Positions 10,270-21,482 of a stretch of 64,000 bases of DNA are shown in pieces. The notes beneath the pieces were generated by a model. That model did not search any database and had not been told where the DNA came from. It worked only from the letters and a program-made list of their open reading frames with translations. The stretch's first letter is position 1; every line of letters starts with the position of its first letter. The stretch lies in assembly GCF_000006765.1 (NCBI RefSeq), contig NC_002516.2; one strand, given 5' to 3'. Made by a program: the position numbers and the translations under genes. The DNA is from Pseudomonas aeruginosa PAO1. GTDB lineage: Bacteria > Pseudomonadota > Gammaproteobacteria > Pseudomonadales > Pseudomonadaceae.

Positions 10270-12855
10270 TCAGGACTGGGCGGCGGGCAGCAGGCCGGCG
10301 TCGCCGGGCACTACCTGGGCCAGCGGTACGCTGGCGGCGTGGGGGTCGTCCGCCTCGGCCTTGCGCCAGCGGCCGAGCCAGTCGTCGCGGTCCTCTTCCC
10401 AGACCCGCGTATGCAGGCGCGAAAGTGCTACCGGGTCACTCAACAGAGCCAGGCGCGTGGCGCCGTCGAGCTGTTCCGGGCCCTTATCGATGGCCTTGCC
10501 GATACGCTCGCCACGCACCGTCTCGATGGCCTGCGCACGGTTGTGGCGAGCCGTGCCCATGGCGCAGGCCAGGGCGTTGAGCAACGGATCGACGGCGGCC
10601 TTGAGGAAGCCATCCTTGAGCGCATGCCAGCGGTTCTCGTAGGTGTACTCGTCGGTGGCGCGCAGCTCGCGCGGCGTGTCGTACTCCTCCGGGATCAGGA
10701 ACAGCTTTTCGTCGCGGGCGCGCAGGCCCAGCTTCACCCGGCTGGAGATCACCGATACCGGGATCGACAGGATCAGCGAACCGACGATCGGCGACAGCCA
10801 CCACAGGAAGCGCGGGTTGAGCCAGGCCACCAGCAGGGTCCAGGCGATACCCAGCAGGGTCTGCATGCCGTGCCGGCGGATCGCCTCGCTCCAGGGCGTG
10901 GCGTCGTCGTCGCGCTGCGGCGAGTTCCACTGCACCGACCAGCCGAGGAAGGCGGCCAGCACGAAGCGGGTGTGGAAGAGCATGCGCACCGGCGCCAGCA
11001 GCACCGAGAAGAACATCTCCAGGAGCATGCTCAGGGTCACCCGGATCACCCCGCCGAAACCCTTGGCGCCCTTGGCCCAGATCAGCATTACGCTGAGCAG
11101 CTTGGGCAGGAACAACAGGGTCAGGGTGGTGGAGAACAACGCGATGGCCTTCTCCGGATGCCACTGCGGCCAGATCGGGAACAGCTGCCGCGGTTCCAGG
11201 AAGTACTGCGGCTCCATCAGTTGGTGCACCGCCAGCAGCGCGGTGGAAAGCACCAGGAAGAAGAACCACAACGGCGCCGACAGGTAGGACATGACCCCGG
11301 TGAGGAACACCGCGCGGTGCACCGGGTGCATGCCCTTGACCAGGAACAGGCGGAAGTTCATCAGGTTGCCGTGGCACCAGCGGCGGTCGCGCTTGAGTTC
11401 GTCGAGCAGGTTCGGCGGCAGTTCTTCGTAGCTGCCGTCGAGGTCGTAGGCGATCCACACGCCCCAGCCGGCACGGCGCATCAACGCAGCCTCGACGAAG
11501 TCGTGGGACAGGATCGCGCCGGCGAACGAGCCCTTGCCCGGCAACGGCGCCAGGGCGCAGTGGTCGATGAAGGGCTGCATGCGGATGATCGCGTTGTGGC
11601 CCCAGTAGTGCGACTCGCCGAGTTGCCAGAAGTGCAGGCCGGCGGTGAACAGCGGGCCGTAGACGCGGGTGGCGAACTGCTGCATGCGCGCATACAGGGT
11701 GTCCATGCCGGACGCCTTCGGCGCGGTCTGGATGATCCCCGCCTCAGGATTGGCCTCCATCAGGCGTACCAGCTTGGCCAGGCAGTCGCCGCTCATCACG
11801 CTGTCGGCGTCCATCACCACCATGTAGCGGTAGTCGCCGCCCCAGCGCCGGCAGAAGTCGTCGATGTTGCCGCTCTTGCGCTTCACCCGGCGCCGGCGGC
11901 GACGGTAGAAGATCTTGCCGAAGCCCTTGGTCTCGCGGCACAGCTCGAGCCAGGCCTGCTGCTCGGCGACGGCGATATCCGGGTCGTTGGTGTCGCTGAG
12001 GACGAAGAAGTCGAAGCGCTCCATCTCGCCGGTGGCGGCCATCGACTCGACGGTCGCCCGCAGGCCGGCGAATACCCGCGGCACGTCTTCGTTGCAGATC
12101 GGCATGACGATCGCCGTGCGGGCGTCGGCGGCGATCGGCTCGCTGCCGGCGCTGCTGCCGGAGATCCGGTAGCGGTCACGCCCGGTGAGCAGCTCCCAGA
12201 AGCCCATCAGCGCGGTCCAGAAGCCGGCCGAGACCCAGCAGAAGAGGATCGCGAAGAGCGCCAGGATGCCGAACTGGATGACATAGGGCAGCACCTGCTG
12301 GACGGTATCCAGCAGGCTCTGCTGGGCCAGCTCCTCCAGGTCGACGAAGGCCCAGCCCTGGTAGGGCAGGATGCCTTTCATGTAGTAGGTGGCGACCGAG
12401 GTCTGCGCCAGCATCAACAACAGCAGGATGAACCGGCGCAGCGAGCCGACCCGCTGCCAGCGGGCCCGCGGCAGGGCACGCTTGGGCTTGGGCGGGTTGC
12501 TGCGTCCGGTCAGCCGACGCCAGCCGCGCACCAGGATGTTGGTGCGCCAGGGCTCGGGAATCACCTTGGTACGGCGGATCGGCGGGGAAATCTTGAGGAA
12601 GGTGCGACCCTGGGCGTCGACGCCGAACATCTCGGCGTCGTCCAGCTCAGGGGTGCCCAGCTGCAGGCGGGCGCGTACCGAGGCCAGGGCGGGATCGCCC
12701 CCGGCATCGGCAGCGGCGCCTTCCGCTCCCGCCAGGCGAGCGTGCAGCTCGGAGAAGGAAGCGGACTCGCCAAGCCGCTCCCGCTCCTCTTCCGCCAGGG
12801 GAAGATGAGCGAGGTAGTCGGCCAGCGGTGCTTTCGTAGTGGATGGGTTATTCAT
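10270..12855 (-). CDS. opgH: Glucans biosynthesis glucosyltransferase H
   Basis: 861 aa; GT2 motifs [35 protein letters not shown]. Confidence 0.96.
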
Positions 12856-14425
12856 CGGCAGGCAGCTGATAGCTCCAGGTTTCGCTCAGTGGCTTCTGCG
12901 CCTCGTCGACCAGCGCCGCGCGCATTTCCACCGGCTTCTTCGGATCCTTGACCTTGATCCGCAGCGTCAGGCGCCAGCCTTTCAGGACCGGGTTGTAACG
13001 CAGGCTGTTCTCCACCACCTCGGCGTTGCTGTCGGTGCTGACCTGGGTGGTCACCGGCGCGTCCGGCGCCAGGTCCTTCAGGGCCGGCCCTTCGAAGTCG
13101 ACGACCAGGGCGGTGCTGCCGTCCTGCTGGCGGATCAGGTTCTTCTGCTTCACGTCGCCGACCGAGCGCATGGTCTGCTTGACCCAGGAGGATTTCGGGT
13201 CGTGCAGCTCGTCTTCATCCATGGTCCAGTGCAGGCGGTAGGCGAAGTCCAGCGGCTTTCCGACCTCAGGCTGGGTCTCGGGGTTCCAGAACGCGACGAT
13301 ATTGTCGTTGGTTTCGTCCGGGGTCGGGATTTCCACCAGTTCCACGGTGCCCTTGCCCCAGTCGCCCTTCGGCTCGATCCAGGCACTCGGACGCAGGTCG
13401 TAGCGGTCATCCAGGTCTTCGTAGCGGGAGAACTCGCGGCCGCGCTGGAGCAGGCCGAAGCCTTTCGGGTTCTCCACGCTGAAGGTGCTCACCGACAGGT
13501 GCTTCGGATTGTTCAGCGGACGCCACAGCCACTCGCCGTTGCCGGCATGGATCTGCAGGCCGCTGGAGTCATGCAGCTCGGGCCGGAAGTTGTGCTGCTC
13601 GGACGGCTGGTTGGAGCCGAACAGGTACATGCTGGTCAGCGGCGCCAGGCCCAGCTTGCTGACCTTGTCGCGGAGGAACACGCGGGCCTGGACATCCATC
13701 ACCGCATCCTTGCCCGGACGCAGCACGAAGCGGTAGGCGCCGGTGGCCCGCGGCGAGTCGAGCAGGGCGTAGATCACCAGTTGCTTGTCCTGCGCCTTCG
13801 GCCGCTCGATCCAGAATTCGCGGAAGCGCGGGAACTCTTCGCCCGAAGGCAGCGCGGTATCGATCGCCAGGCCGCGCGCCGACAGACCGTAGACCTGGCC
13901 CTTGCCGACCACGCGGAAGTAGCTCGCGCCAAGGAAGGTGGCGATCTCGTCCTGCTTGTCGGCCTTGTTGATCGGATAGAGCACGCGGAAACCGGCATAG
14001 CCGAGATCCTTGGTGGCATTCTCGTCGAACTTCAGGGATCCGAAATCGAACTTGGTGCGATCGTACTTGATCGGCTTGACCGTGGTAGCGGTCACCTCGT
14101 TGATCTTCACCGGCGTGTCGAAGTGCATGCCCTGGTGATAGAAGCTCAGCTTGAACGGCGTCTTCAGCTTGCCCCAGTAGGCGCGCTCGTTGATGAAACG
14201 GATCTGCTGGTAATCGGCGAATTTCATTTCGCTGAATTCCGATGGCAGGTTGCTGGTCGGCGCGGAATACTTGTCGCCGGCCAGGTCCTTGGCCTTGCTC
14301 GCCACGTCGTCGATGCTGAACGCCCATACCGGGGCGGCGACGAATGCCAGCGCGGTCGAGCCGGCAAGCAGCAGGGTGCGCACGCGGGCGCGGAAATCGG
14401 TGTTTGAAACGGAACGGAAAATCAC
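12848..14425 (-). CDS. opgG: Periplasmic glucan biosynthesis protein G
   Basis: 525 aa; signal peptide, [38 protein letters not shown]. Confidence 0.96.
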
Positions 14426-14881
14426 GAGGCCCCCTCGTCCGTGAACATGAATTACTGAAGACGCCCTGACCGTTCAGGGGTCTCCGACGGCACCGGAGTG
14501 CCGGTCGAACATGGTTTCGCCACATTCGCTGCCAAACCCGATAGATAGCCAGATTTGGCGCGATCTGACAAAAAGAATGCCTGTTTCCAGTCATTCGCGT
14601 TACGTGCACCGGGCCTGGAAGACCAGGGGGCATGCCGCTCGTCGGCTAGCGACCCCAGAGGTTCCGACCCTGCCCGGGCGGAATGATTCCCGTCCATTGG
14701 GTTGCAGGACGCCCCGCCCGGCATCGGGATGCCGGCCGGCCTGTCCTGTACAGCATGAAATCGGCGTGCGGATGATGCACCGAGGTTGTGACAAAAGGCC
14801 ATGTATCTGTCACAAAAATTCACCGTTCCGGCCCCGCCATCCCTCCCTGAAGCACCTTGGGGAAAATCCCCTCGACGCCGA

Positions 14882-15319
14882 TCAACTCTCCAGCAGGAAG
14901 GTCACCGGCCCGTCGTTGACCAGGTGCACCTGCATGTCGGCGCCGAAACGCCCGGTCGCCACCTGCGGATAGGCCTCCCGCGCCAGTTTCACCAGGTGCT
15001 CGAACACCGCCTCTCCTTGCGCCGGCGGCGCCGCGCTGGAGAAGCTCGGACGCAGTCCGCTGCGGGTGTTCGCCGCCAGGGTGAATTGCGAGACCAGCAG
15101 CAAGCCGCCCTGCACGTCCAGCAAGGACCGGTTCATCTTGCCCTCGTCGTCGCCGAACACCCTGTAGTTGAGCAGCTTGTGCAGCATCTTCGCCGCGCAA
15201 CGCTCGCCATCCTCGGGCTCGACCCCGACCAGCACCAGCAGGCCGCGATCGATGGAGCCGACGATTTCGCCGCCAACCTCCACCCGCGCCGCGCCGACGC
15301 GCTGCAGCAATGCCTTCAT
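14882..15319 (-). CDS. dtd: D-aminoacyl-tRNA deacylase
   Basis: 145 aa; [23 protein letters not shown]. Confidence 0.96.
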   Translation of the reverse strand: MKALLQRVGAARVEVGGEIVGSIDRGLLVLVGVEPEDGERCAAKMLHKLLNYRVFGDDEGKMNRSLLDVQGGLLLVSQFTLAANTRSGLRPSFSSAAPPAQGEAVFEHLVKLAREAYPQVATGRFGADMQVHLVNDGPVTFLLES

Positions 15320-16287
15320 TCGGCCTCCGGCGGCAGGTCGAGCAGTCGCCGGCCGATCTCGTTGGTGGCGCGCACCAGCGCATCGACTATCCCCGGCTCG
15401 CTGGCGGTATGCCCGGCGTCGCGGATGATCTGCAGTTCGCTGTTCGGCCAGGCCTGGTGCAGGGCCCAGGCATTGTCCAGCGGACAGATGGCGTCGTAGC
15501 GGCCATGCACGATCACGCCAGGCAGATGGGCGATGCGGTGCATGTCCTCGAGCAACTGGTTGGGCCTGAGGAAGCCCTGGTTGACGAAGAAGTGGTTCTC
15601 GATGCGCGAGATCGACAGCGCCCTGCCCGGCTCGGTGAAGCGGTCCACCACCATGGGGTTGGGGCGCAGCGTGGCGGTGCGGCCCTCCCAGGTCGACCAG
15701 GCCTTGGCGGCGTGCATCTGGGCGATCTGGTCGCTACCGGTCAGGCGCTTGTGGAAGGCCGCCAGCAGGTCGCCGCGCTCTTCCGGCGGGATCGGCGCGA
15801 CATAGTCTTCCCAATAGTCAGGGAACAGGCGGCTGGCGCCTTCCTGGTAGAACCAGTGGATGTCCTGCGGACGGCAGAGGAAGATGCCGCGCAGGATCAG
15901 CGCATGGACCCGCTCGGGATGGGTCTGCGCGTAGGCCAGCGACAGGGTCGAGCCCCAGGAACCGCCGAACAGCACCCACTTCTCGATACCCAGGTGCTCG
16001 CGCAGGCGCTCCATGTCCGCCACCAGCTCCCAGGTGCTGTTCTTCTCCAGGCTGGCGTGGGGCGTGGAACGGCCGCAACCGCGCTGGTCGAAGGTGACGA
16101 TACGGTAGAGGTTGGGATCGAAGAAGCGACGCGACAGGGCATCGCAACCGGAGCCGGGGCCGCCGTGGACGAAGACGACCGGCAGTCCGTCCGGCGAACC
16201 GCTTTCGTCGGCATACAGCACATGCGGTTCGTCGACGGCCAGCTCGTGGCGAGCGTAGGGTTTAATTTCCGGATACAGAACTAGCAT
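15316..16287 (-). CDS. pip: Proline iminopeptidase
   Basis: Start MLVLYPEI (16287), 323 aa; [19 protein letters not shown] nucleophile motif. Confidence 0.93.
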   Translation of the reverse strand: MLVLYPEIKPYARHELAVDEPHVLYADESGSPDGLPVVFVHGGPGSGCDALSRRFFDPNLYRIVTFDQRGCGRSTPHASLEKNSTWELVADMERLREHLGIEKWVLFGGSWGSTLSLAYAQTHPERVHALILRGIFLCRPQDIHWFYQEGASRLFPDYWEDYVAPIPPEERGDLLAAFHKRLTGSDQIAQMHAAKAWSTWEGRTATLRPNPMVVDRFTEPGRALSISRIENHFFVNQGFLRPNQLLEDMHRIAHLPGVIVHGRYDAICPLDNAWALHQAWPNSELQIIRDAGHTASEPGIVDALVRATNEIGRRLLDLPPEAE

Positions 16288-16468
16288 GATGCGCTCCCGA
16301 GGCGATGTGTTCGGCCCCCGGCGCAAACGTCGACAGCGGGGCCCGTCCTTTGCTCTGCCGCGCATGATACTTCGGCGCCGGGAAAAAAACCGAGCGGCTT
16401 TCATGTCCGCCCCGGTAGACGGAAAACCATCAATCCAAGCAACGGCGCCTGGCGCCGGGAGAACGAGC

Positions 16469-16945
16469 ATGGCCGAGGCCTTGCGACACCGTATCCGCGC
16501 CGCCGGCCTGCTGGTGGTGGAGCAACGCATTCTGCTGGTCCGCCACGAGGTCGGCGGCGACATCTACTGGATTCCGCCCGGCGGCGGCTTCGAGTCGGAA
16601 TGCGACGAATCGACGAAGGATACCGTCCGGCGCGAGTTTTTCGAGGAGACCGGCCTGCGGGTGGACGTCGGCCCGCTGGTCTACGTGCGCGAATTCGCCG
16701 AACCCGCCGCCGGGCGCTTCCACATGGAGCTGTTCTACCGCATCGACGCCTGGCGTGGCGAGCCGACCCTGGCCAACCTGAAGGGCCTGGGCGGCGACGA
16801 GTTCGATATCCGCGAGGTCGGCTGGATCGCCCGCGACGAACTGCCTGGCCTGCCGTCTTTCTATCCGGCCGAACTGGCCGACGACGTCTGGTCGCGCCTG
16901 GACGCGCCGACGCCGTCGATCCGCCACCTTGGCCTGCAGCGCTAG
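16469..16945 (+). CDS. NUDIX hydrolase
   Basis: ATG 16469; Nudix box-like PGGGFE...TVRREFFEETG; 158 aa. Confidence 0.85.
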   Translation: MAEALRHRIRAAGLLVVEQRILLVRHEVGGDIYWIPPGGGFESECDESTKDTVRREFFEETGLRVDVGPLVYVREFAEPAAGRFHMELFYRIDAWRGEPTLANLKGLGGDEFDIREVGWIARDELPGLPSFYPAELADDVWSRLDAPTPSIRHLGLQR

Positions 16946-16949
16946 ACGC

Positions 16950-17849
16950 TCACTGCACCGGATCGCTGGTGGGGTTCTCGAGGATCGCCTTCAGCTCCGC
17001 GGTCATGGGGAACTCCAGGTTCAGCCCCTTGGGCGGGATCGGCTGCTGGAACCAGCGCTGGTAGATGCCCTGTATCTCGCCCGAGCGATACAGCCCGGCC
17101 AGGGTCTCGTTGACCAGGGCAAGGAACTGCGGGTCGTCCTTGCGCACCATGCAGCTGTAGATCTCCCGCGATTGCGGCTCGCCGACCACCACCCAGTCGT
17201 GCGGCTGGCGCGCCTTGGCGCGTTCGCCGTAGAGCAGCGCATCGTCCATGTAGAAAGCCACCGCGCGACCCGATTGCAGCATCTGGAAGGCTTCGCCGTG
17301 GTCCTTGGCGCTGACCACGTTCATCCCCAGCTTGTGTTCGGCGTTGTAGTTCTTCAGGTAGCGCTCGTTGGTGGTGCCGGCGGTGGTCACCACGTTCTTG
17401 CCCTTGAGGTCGTCGAAGTGGGCGATGCCGCTGTCCTTGCGGGTCAGCAACTGGCCCTTGACGTAGATGAAGCCGTAGGAGAACGCCACCTGTTTCTGCC
17501 GCTCGGCGGTGACCCCGGTGGAGCCGCACTCCAGGTCGACGGTGCCGTTCTGCACCAGCGGGATGCGAGTCTGCGAAGTGACCAGGTTGTACTTCACCTT
17601 GAGTTCCGGCTTGCCGAGGGTGCTTTTGAGCCGCTCCACCACCTTGCCGGCCAGTTCCACCGAATAGCCCATGGGCTGGCCGCTGTTATCGCCAAGGTAG
17701 GAGAAAGGCACCGAGGCATCGCGATAACCCAGGGTTATCGTGCCGTTGTCGGCAACCTTCTTCAGGGTGCCGCTGAGTTCCTCGGCCTGCGCGGCGCCGA
17801 TGGCGAGCGACAGGGAGAGTGCGAAAGTGCTGGATACAAGGGTTTTCAT
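16950..17849 (-). CDS. dguC: Glu/Asp-family periplasmic binding protein (D-glutamate locus)
   Basis: 299 aa; GltI-like ITLGYRDASVPFSY, VTSQTRIPLVQNGTVDLECGST; downstream of dguAB. Confidence 0.85.
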   Translation of the reverse strand: MKTLVSSTFALSLSLAIGAAQAEELSGTLKKVADNGTITLGYRDASVPFSYLGDNSGQPMGYSVELAGKVVERLKSTLGKPELKVKYNLVTSQTRIPLVQNGTVDLECGSTGVTAERQKQVAFSYGFIYVKGQLLTRKDSGIAHFDDLKGKNVVTTAGTTNERYLKNYNAEHKLGMNVVSAKDHGEAFQMLQSGRAVAFYMDDALLYGERAKARQPHDWVVVGEPQSREIYSCMVRKDDPQFLALVNETLAGLYRSGEIQGIYQRWFQQPIPPKGLNLEFPMTAELKAILENPTSDPVQ

Positions 17850-17891
17850 CGGAGGTTCTGCCTCTTTTTTCTTATGGCTATGGAAAGTAAG

Positions 17892-18242
17892 TCAGCCCCT
17901 GGCCGCCACCACGGTGATCTCCACCAGCACCGACGGACGCGCCAGCTCCGCCTGGACGGTGGTCCGGCTGGGTGCCTGGCCGGTCGGCAACCACTGGGTC
18001 CAGACCTCGTTCAGGGCGGCGAAATCGCGGGCGATGTCCTTCAGGTAGATGGTCGCGCTGAGGATACGCTCCTTGCGCGACCCAGCCTCGGCCAGCAGCG
18101 CGTCGATCTTCGCCAGCACCTCGCGGGTCTGGCCATGGATATCCTCGGCCTGGCCCGGCACCTGGCCGGAAAGAAATACCAGGGCGTCGAAGCAGACCGC
18201 GGCGGACAGGCGGTCGTTGGTGGCGATACGGGTCGGTTCCAT
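17892..18242 (-). CDS. dguB: RidA/YjgF-family enamine/imine deaminase
   Basis: 116 aa; LSGQV, TIYLKDI, PSRTTV, VEITVVA. Confidence 0.88.
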   Translation of the reverse strand: MEPTRIATNDRLSAAVCFDALVFLSGQVPGQAEDIHGQTREVLAKIDALLAEAGSRKERILSATIYLKDIARDFAALNEVWTQWLPTGQAPSRTTVQAELARPSVLVEITVVAARG

Positions 18243-18266
18243 GGGAGTGCTCCAGTCGAGGGGGGA

Positions 18267-19517
18267 TCAGCCAGCCAGCGCGCCGCGCGGCAGCAGGCCA
18301 GTGGTATCGATGCTCGGCGGGCGGCGGCCGATCTGCTCGGCCAGCAGGCGCCCGCTGCCGCAGGCCAGGGTGAAGCCGAGCGCGCCGTGGCCGAGGTTGA
18401 GCCAGAGGTTGCGGTAGCCGCCGTTGCCCACCAGCGGTACCCCGGTGGGCGTGGCCGGGCGCATGCCGGCCCATTCGACGGCAGCGTCGAAATCGCCGCC
18501 CTGCGGGAACGTGTCCCGCGCCTGCTGGCGCAGCAGTGCCAGGCGCGCGGGCTCGAGGCCGGGGTCGAAGCCGACGATGTCGACCATCGCGGCGATCCGC
18601 AGCCGCTCGCCGATCCGCGCGTAGACGATCTTGCGGTCGTAATCGGTGATGCTGGTATCCGGCGCGCGGTGCTGCGCGCCGACCGGCAGGGTCAGGCTAT
18701 AGCCCTTGAGCGGGTATAGCGGCAGGCGCAGGCCCGGCAGCATCAATTCGGCGCTGCGGTAGCCGGCGGCCAGCACCACATGATCGGCCTCGATGAGATC
18801 GCCGCCGACCTCGACGCCACGCACCGCCGCACCGCCCTCGACGATCTTCGTCACCCTGCGGCCATGCAGTTGCCGGCAATGTCCGGAAGCCTGCAGGCGC
18901 TCGGCAAGTTGCACGCAGAAGGCATGGCAGTCGGCGACCTCCTCGTCCGGCGTGTGGATGCCGCCGACAAAGGGCGCGGCGGACAGGGCCGGCTCCAGCG
19001 CGAGGCACTCGGCGGCGGTCAGGACGAATTGCGCCGAAGGATCGGCCAGGCCCTGGCGGGCCCGCGCAAAGCTGGCCGGTTGGCGAAACGCCACCAGCTT
19101 GCCGTTGCGCCGCCAGTCGAAGCCATCGAGGCCATCCTCCTCGCGCCAGTCCTGCAGGGTGCGCTGGCTGAGCAATGCCAGGCGCAGCAGGTGCGCGGCA
19201 TTGCGGCGGTTCAGCGAGCCGCGGCAGGCCGCGAGGAAGCCCAGCAGCCAGCGCCACTGCGCCGGATCAAGACGCGGCCGCAGGCGCAACGGCGCATCGT
19301 TGCGCAGCAGCCAGCCGAGCGCCTGGGCCGGCACGCCGCTGTCGGCCAATGGCGCCACGTAGCGATAGGACAACTGCCCGCCATTGGCGTAGCTGGTTTC
19401 CAGCCCGCCCCGCTCGCGCGCTTCCACCAGGGTCACGTCGAATCCTTCGCGAACCAGGGCGTAGGCCGTGGCCAGGCCGACCACGCCGGCGCCGATGATG
19501 CAAACCCGCTGAGCCAT
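18267..19517 (-). CDS. dguA: FAD-dependent D-amino acid (D-glutamate) dehydrogenase
   Basis: 416 aa; GAGVVG Rossmann motif, TSYANGGQLS, WAGMRPATP, NLGHGALGFTLACGSG. Confidence 0.9.
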   Translation of the reverse strand: MAQRVCIIGAGVVGLATAYALVREGFDVTLVEARERGGLETSYANGGQLSYRYVAPLADSGVPAQALGWLLRNDAPLRLRPRLDPAQWRWLLGFLAACRGSLNRRNAAHLLRLALLSQRTLQDWREEDGLDGFDWRRNGKLVAFRQPASFARARQGLADPSAQFVLTAAECLALEPALSAAPFVGGIHTPDEEVADCHAFCVQLAERLQASGHCRQLHGRRVTKIVEGGAAVRGVEVGGDLIEADHVVLAAGYRSAELMLPGLRLPLYPLKGYSLTLPVGAQHRAPDTSITDYDRKIVYARIGERLRIAAMVDIVGFDPGLEPARLALLRQQARDTFPQGGDFDAAVEWAGMRPATPTGVPLVGNGGYRNLWLNLGHGALGFTLACGSGRLLAEQIGRRPPSIDTTGLLPRGALAG

Positions 19518-19602
19518 GACAATCGTTATCCAGGTGTTTTCCAGGGCTTCGACGATAGGCGCGGATGACAGCGGTAGGACAATGAATAAAGATGGCCAGG
19601 GT

Positions 19603-19617
19603 ATAAATCCAGGTTAT
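19603..19617. promoter_or_regulatory. LysR-type recognition site between dguA and dguR
   Basis: ATAA-N7-TTAT inverted repeat (T-N11-A) 12 bp upstream of ATG 19630. Confidence 0.6.
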
Positions 19618-19629
19618 GGGCTCGCGCCG

Positions 19630-20538
19630 ATGAAGCTCCGCCATATCGAAGTGTTCCAGGCGATCCGCCAGGCTGGCTCGGTCAGCGGCGCCGCACAGTT
19701 GCTGCACGTGTCCCAACCGGCGGTGAGCAAGGTCCTGCAGCACGCCGAGCAGCAACTGGGCTTCCCGCTGTTCTTGCGAGTGCGCGGCAAGCTGCTGGCG
19801 ACTCCGGAAGCGCTGGAACTGGAGCGCGAAGTGGCCAAGCTCAGCGATAGCCTGCAGGCCGTGCGGCGCCTGGCGCAGAACCTGCGGCGCCAGCCGGGCC
19901 ACAGCCTGCGCATCGGCGCCACCCCGGCCCTGGCGCTGTCGCTGCTGCCGCGGGCGATCGGCGAATGGAGCGCGCGCTATCCGCAGAGCGGCTGCGAACT
20001 GGCCACCTTGCATTCGCGCGAGCTGGTGCAGGGCCTGCTGATGCGCGAACTGGACCTGGCCCTGAGCCTGAAGCAGCCGGAACACCCCGGCCTGCGCGGC
20101 GAAGCCATCGCCAGCGGCGTATTGGTGGCCCTGGCGCCGCGCGAACACTGGCCCGAAGCGGAACGCCGGCAGCCGCTGAGCCTGGCCGGGCTGGCCGGCG
20201 AAGCGCTGATCGGGCTGTCCACCGCCGACCCGCTGTTCGCCCGCCTGGAGGATTACCTCAGCGCCGTGGAGCCACCGCCGCAGGTGAAGATCGCCGTGCA
20301 GACCTACGCCCTCGCCCGCGCCCTGGTGGAGGCTGGGGCCGGCCTGGCGCTGGTCGATCCCTTCACCGCCCTCGGCGCCGACCCGCACAGCACCGCAATC
20401 CGCCCATTGAGCCCGGCCTTCCCGGTCACCCTCTACGCCATCACCCGCGCCGACGAAACCCCGCCGCACACCCTCGCTCCGCTGCTGCGGATGCTCGCCC
20501 GCCAGGCCGAGGAGCGTTTGCGGGCCGTGCAGATGTAG
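19630..20538 (+). CDS. dguR: LysR-family regulator of the dgu genes
   Basis: MKLRHIEVF...GSVSGAAQLLHVSQPAVSK LysR HTH; divergent from dguA; an alternative in-frame ATG lies at 19582. Confidence 0.9.
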   Translation: MKLRHIEVFQAIRQAGSVSGAAQLLHVSQPAVSKVLQHAEQQLGFPLFLRVRGKLLATPEALELEREVAKLSDSLQAVRRLAQNLRRQPGHSLRIGATPALALSLLPRAIGEWSARYPQSGCELATLHSRELVQGLLMRELDLALSLKQPEHPGLRGEAIASGVLVALAPREHWPEAERRQPLSLAGLAGEALIGLSTADPLFARLEDYLSAVEPPPQVKIAVQTYALARALVEAGAGLALVDPFTALGADPHSTAIRPLSPAFPVTLYAITRADETPPHTLAPLLRMLARQAEERLRAVQM

Positions 20539-20600
20539 CATTTGCCGCCTGGCCTGCCGCTGGAAACCTTGGACGTCGTTCTGGCCCACGCCTCGCGTAC

Positions 20601-21482
20601 TTACCGCTCCGGCTTCCAGTCTGGGCGGTCCGCGTCGTAGCCCTGGGTGGGATGAGGAGGCAGAGGATAGTCCTCTATCAGATTGGGGAAACGTAAGTCG
20701 GGGTCAGCTTCAAGCTTTTTGTAGATTGAATAATACGCTTCTCGCAACTTTTCGTCGGGGGCGTACCACATTGCACTTGCAGGGGGAGTCTCACTTCCGA
20801 AGACTCGTGATAGGAAAAAAGCCGCACTCTTGCCCCCCTGAGAGACTGACACCTGATAATAAACCAGTGCCTTTGGGAAATTGTGCTCTACTATCTTGTA
20901 ATACGCCCCCAGCTCATAACTAGCCGGCGCATAACCCTGACTAGCAGCACAGTGAGTATACGCCAACCCCAAATCCTTTTTTTTGGCCACATATATATAA
21001 AACTTACCTAGCTCAGTTAGTGCCGGCGGATTTCCTAGGCTAGCAGCCTTATCAAGGAAAGTAAGTCCGTCAGTTGCAGGGTTTTTAACCCCGGCGCGAT
21101 TTCCAATCATTGCTCCCATATCATAGAACCCCTGAGGCACATCCAGATCTATCATCTTTTGATAGAGATCCAATGCCTTCTGCGTATCTTTTTCTACTCC
21201 TCCGGGCCACCCTGTACGATAAAGATTCGCCAAGTTGTGCATGGCCTTCCAGTGGCCGCGCTCGGCCGCCTTGCTGTACAACCCGACGATACGAGGCCAC
21301 GGACGCAAGGTATCGGGCTTGGCCAGGGTCGCCGCTTCGCGATACCAAGCATCGGCCTGCGGGTCCAGAGGGGGTAGATGGTCCTTTTCGTTAACGCAGA
21401 CAAAAGGCTTGCTGTCAGCCATAGCGGGAACTGCTGCGAGACAAAGTACAGCCCATATTCCAATAGCCATTAGCCGAATCAC
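20601..21482 (-). CDS. tli5b: T6SS phospholipase immunity protein, Sel1-like repeats (distal copy)
   Basis: 293 aa; signal peptide, Sel1-like repeats (KAAERGHWKAMHNLANLY, KAASLGNPPA); paralog of the two neighbours. Confidence 0.9.
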   Translation of the reverse strand: MIRLMAIGIWAVLCLAAVPAMADSKPFVCVNEKDHLPPLDPQADAWYREAATLAKPDTLRPWPRIVGLYSKAAERGHWKAMHNLANLYRTGWPGGVEKDTQKALDLYQKMIDLDVPQGFYDMGAMIGNRAGVKNPATDGLTFLDKAASLGNPPALTELGKFYIYVAKKKDLGLAYTHCAASQGYAPASYELGAYYKIVEHNFPKALVYYQVSVSQGGKSAAFFLSRVFGSETPPASAMWYAPDEKLREAYYSIYKKLEADPDLRFPNLIEDYPLPPHPTQGYDADRPDWKPER

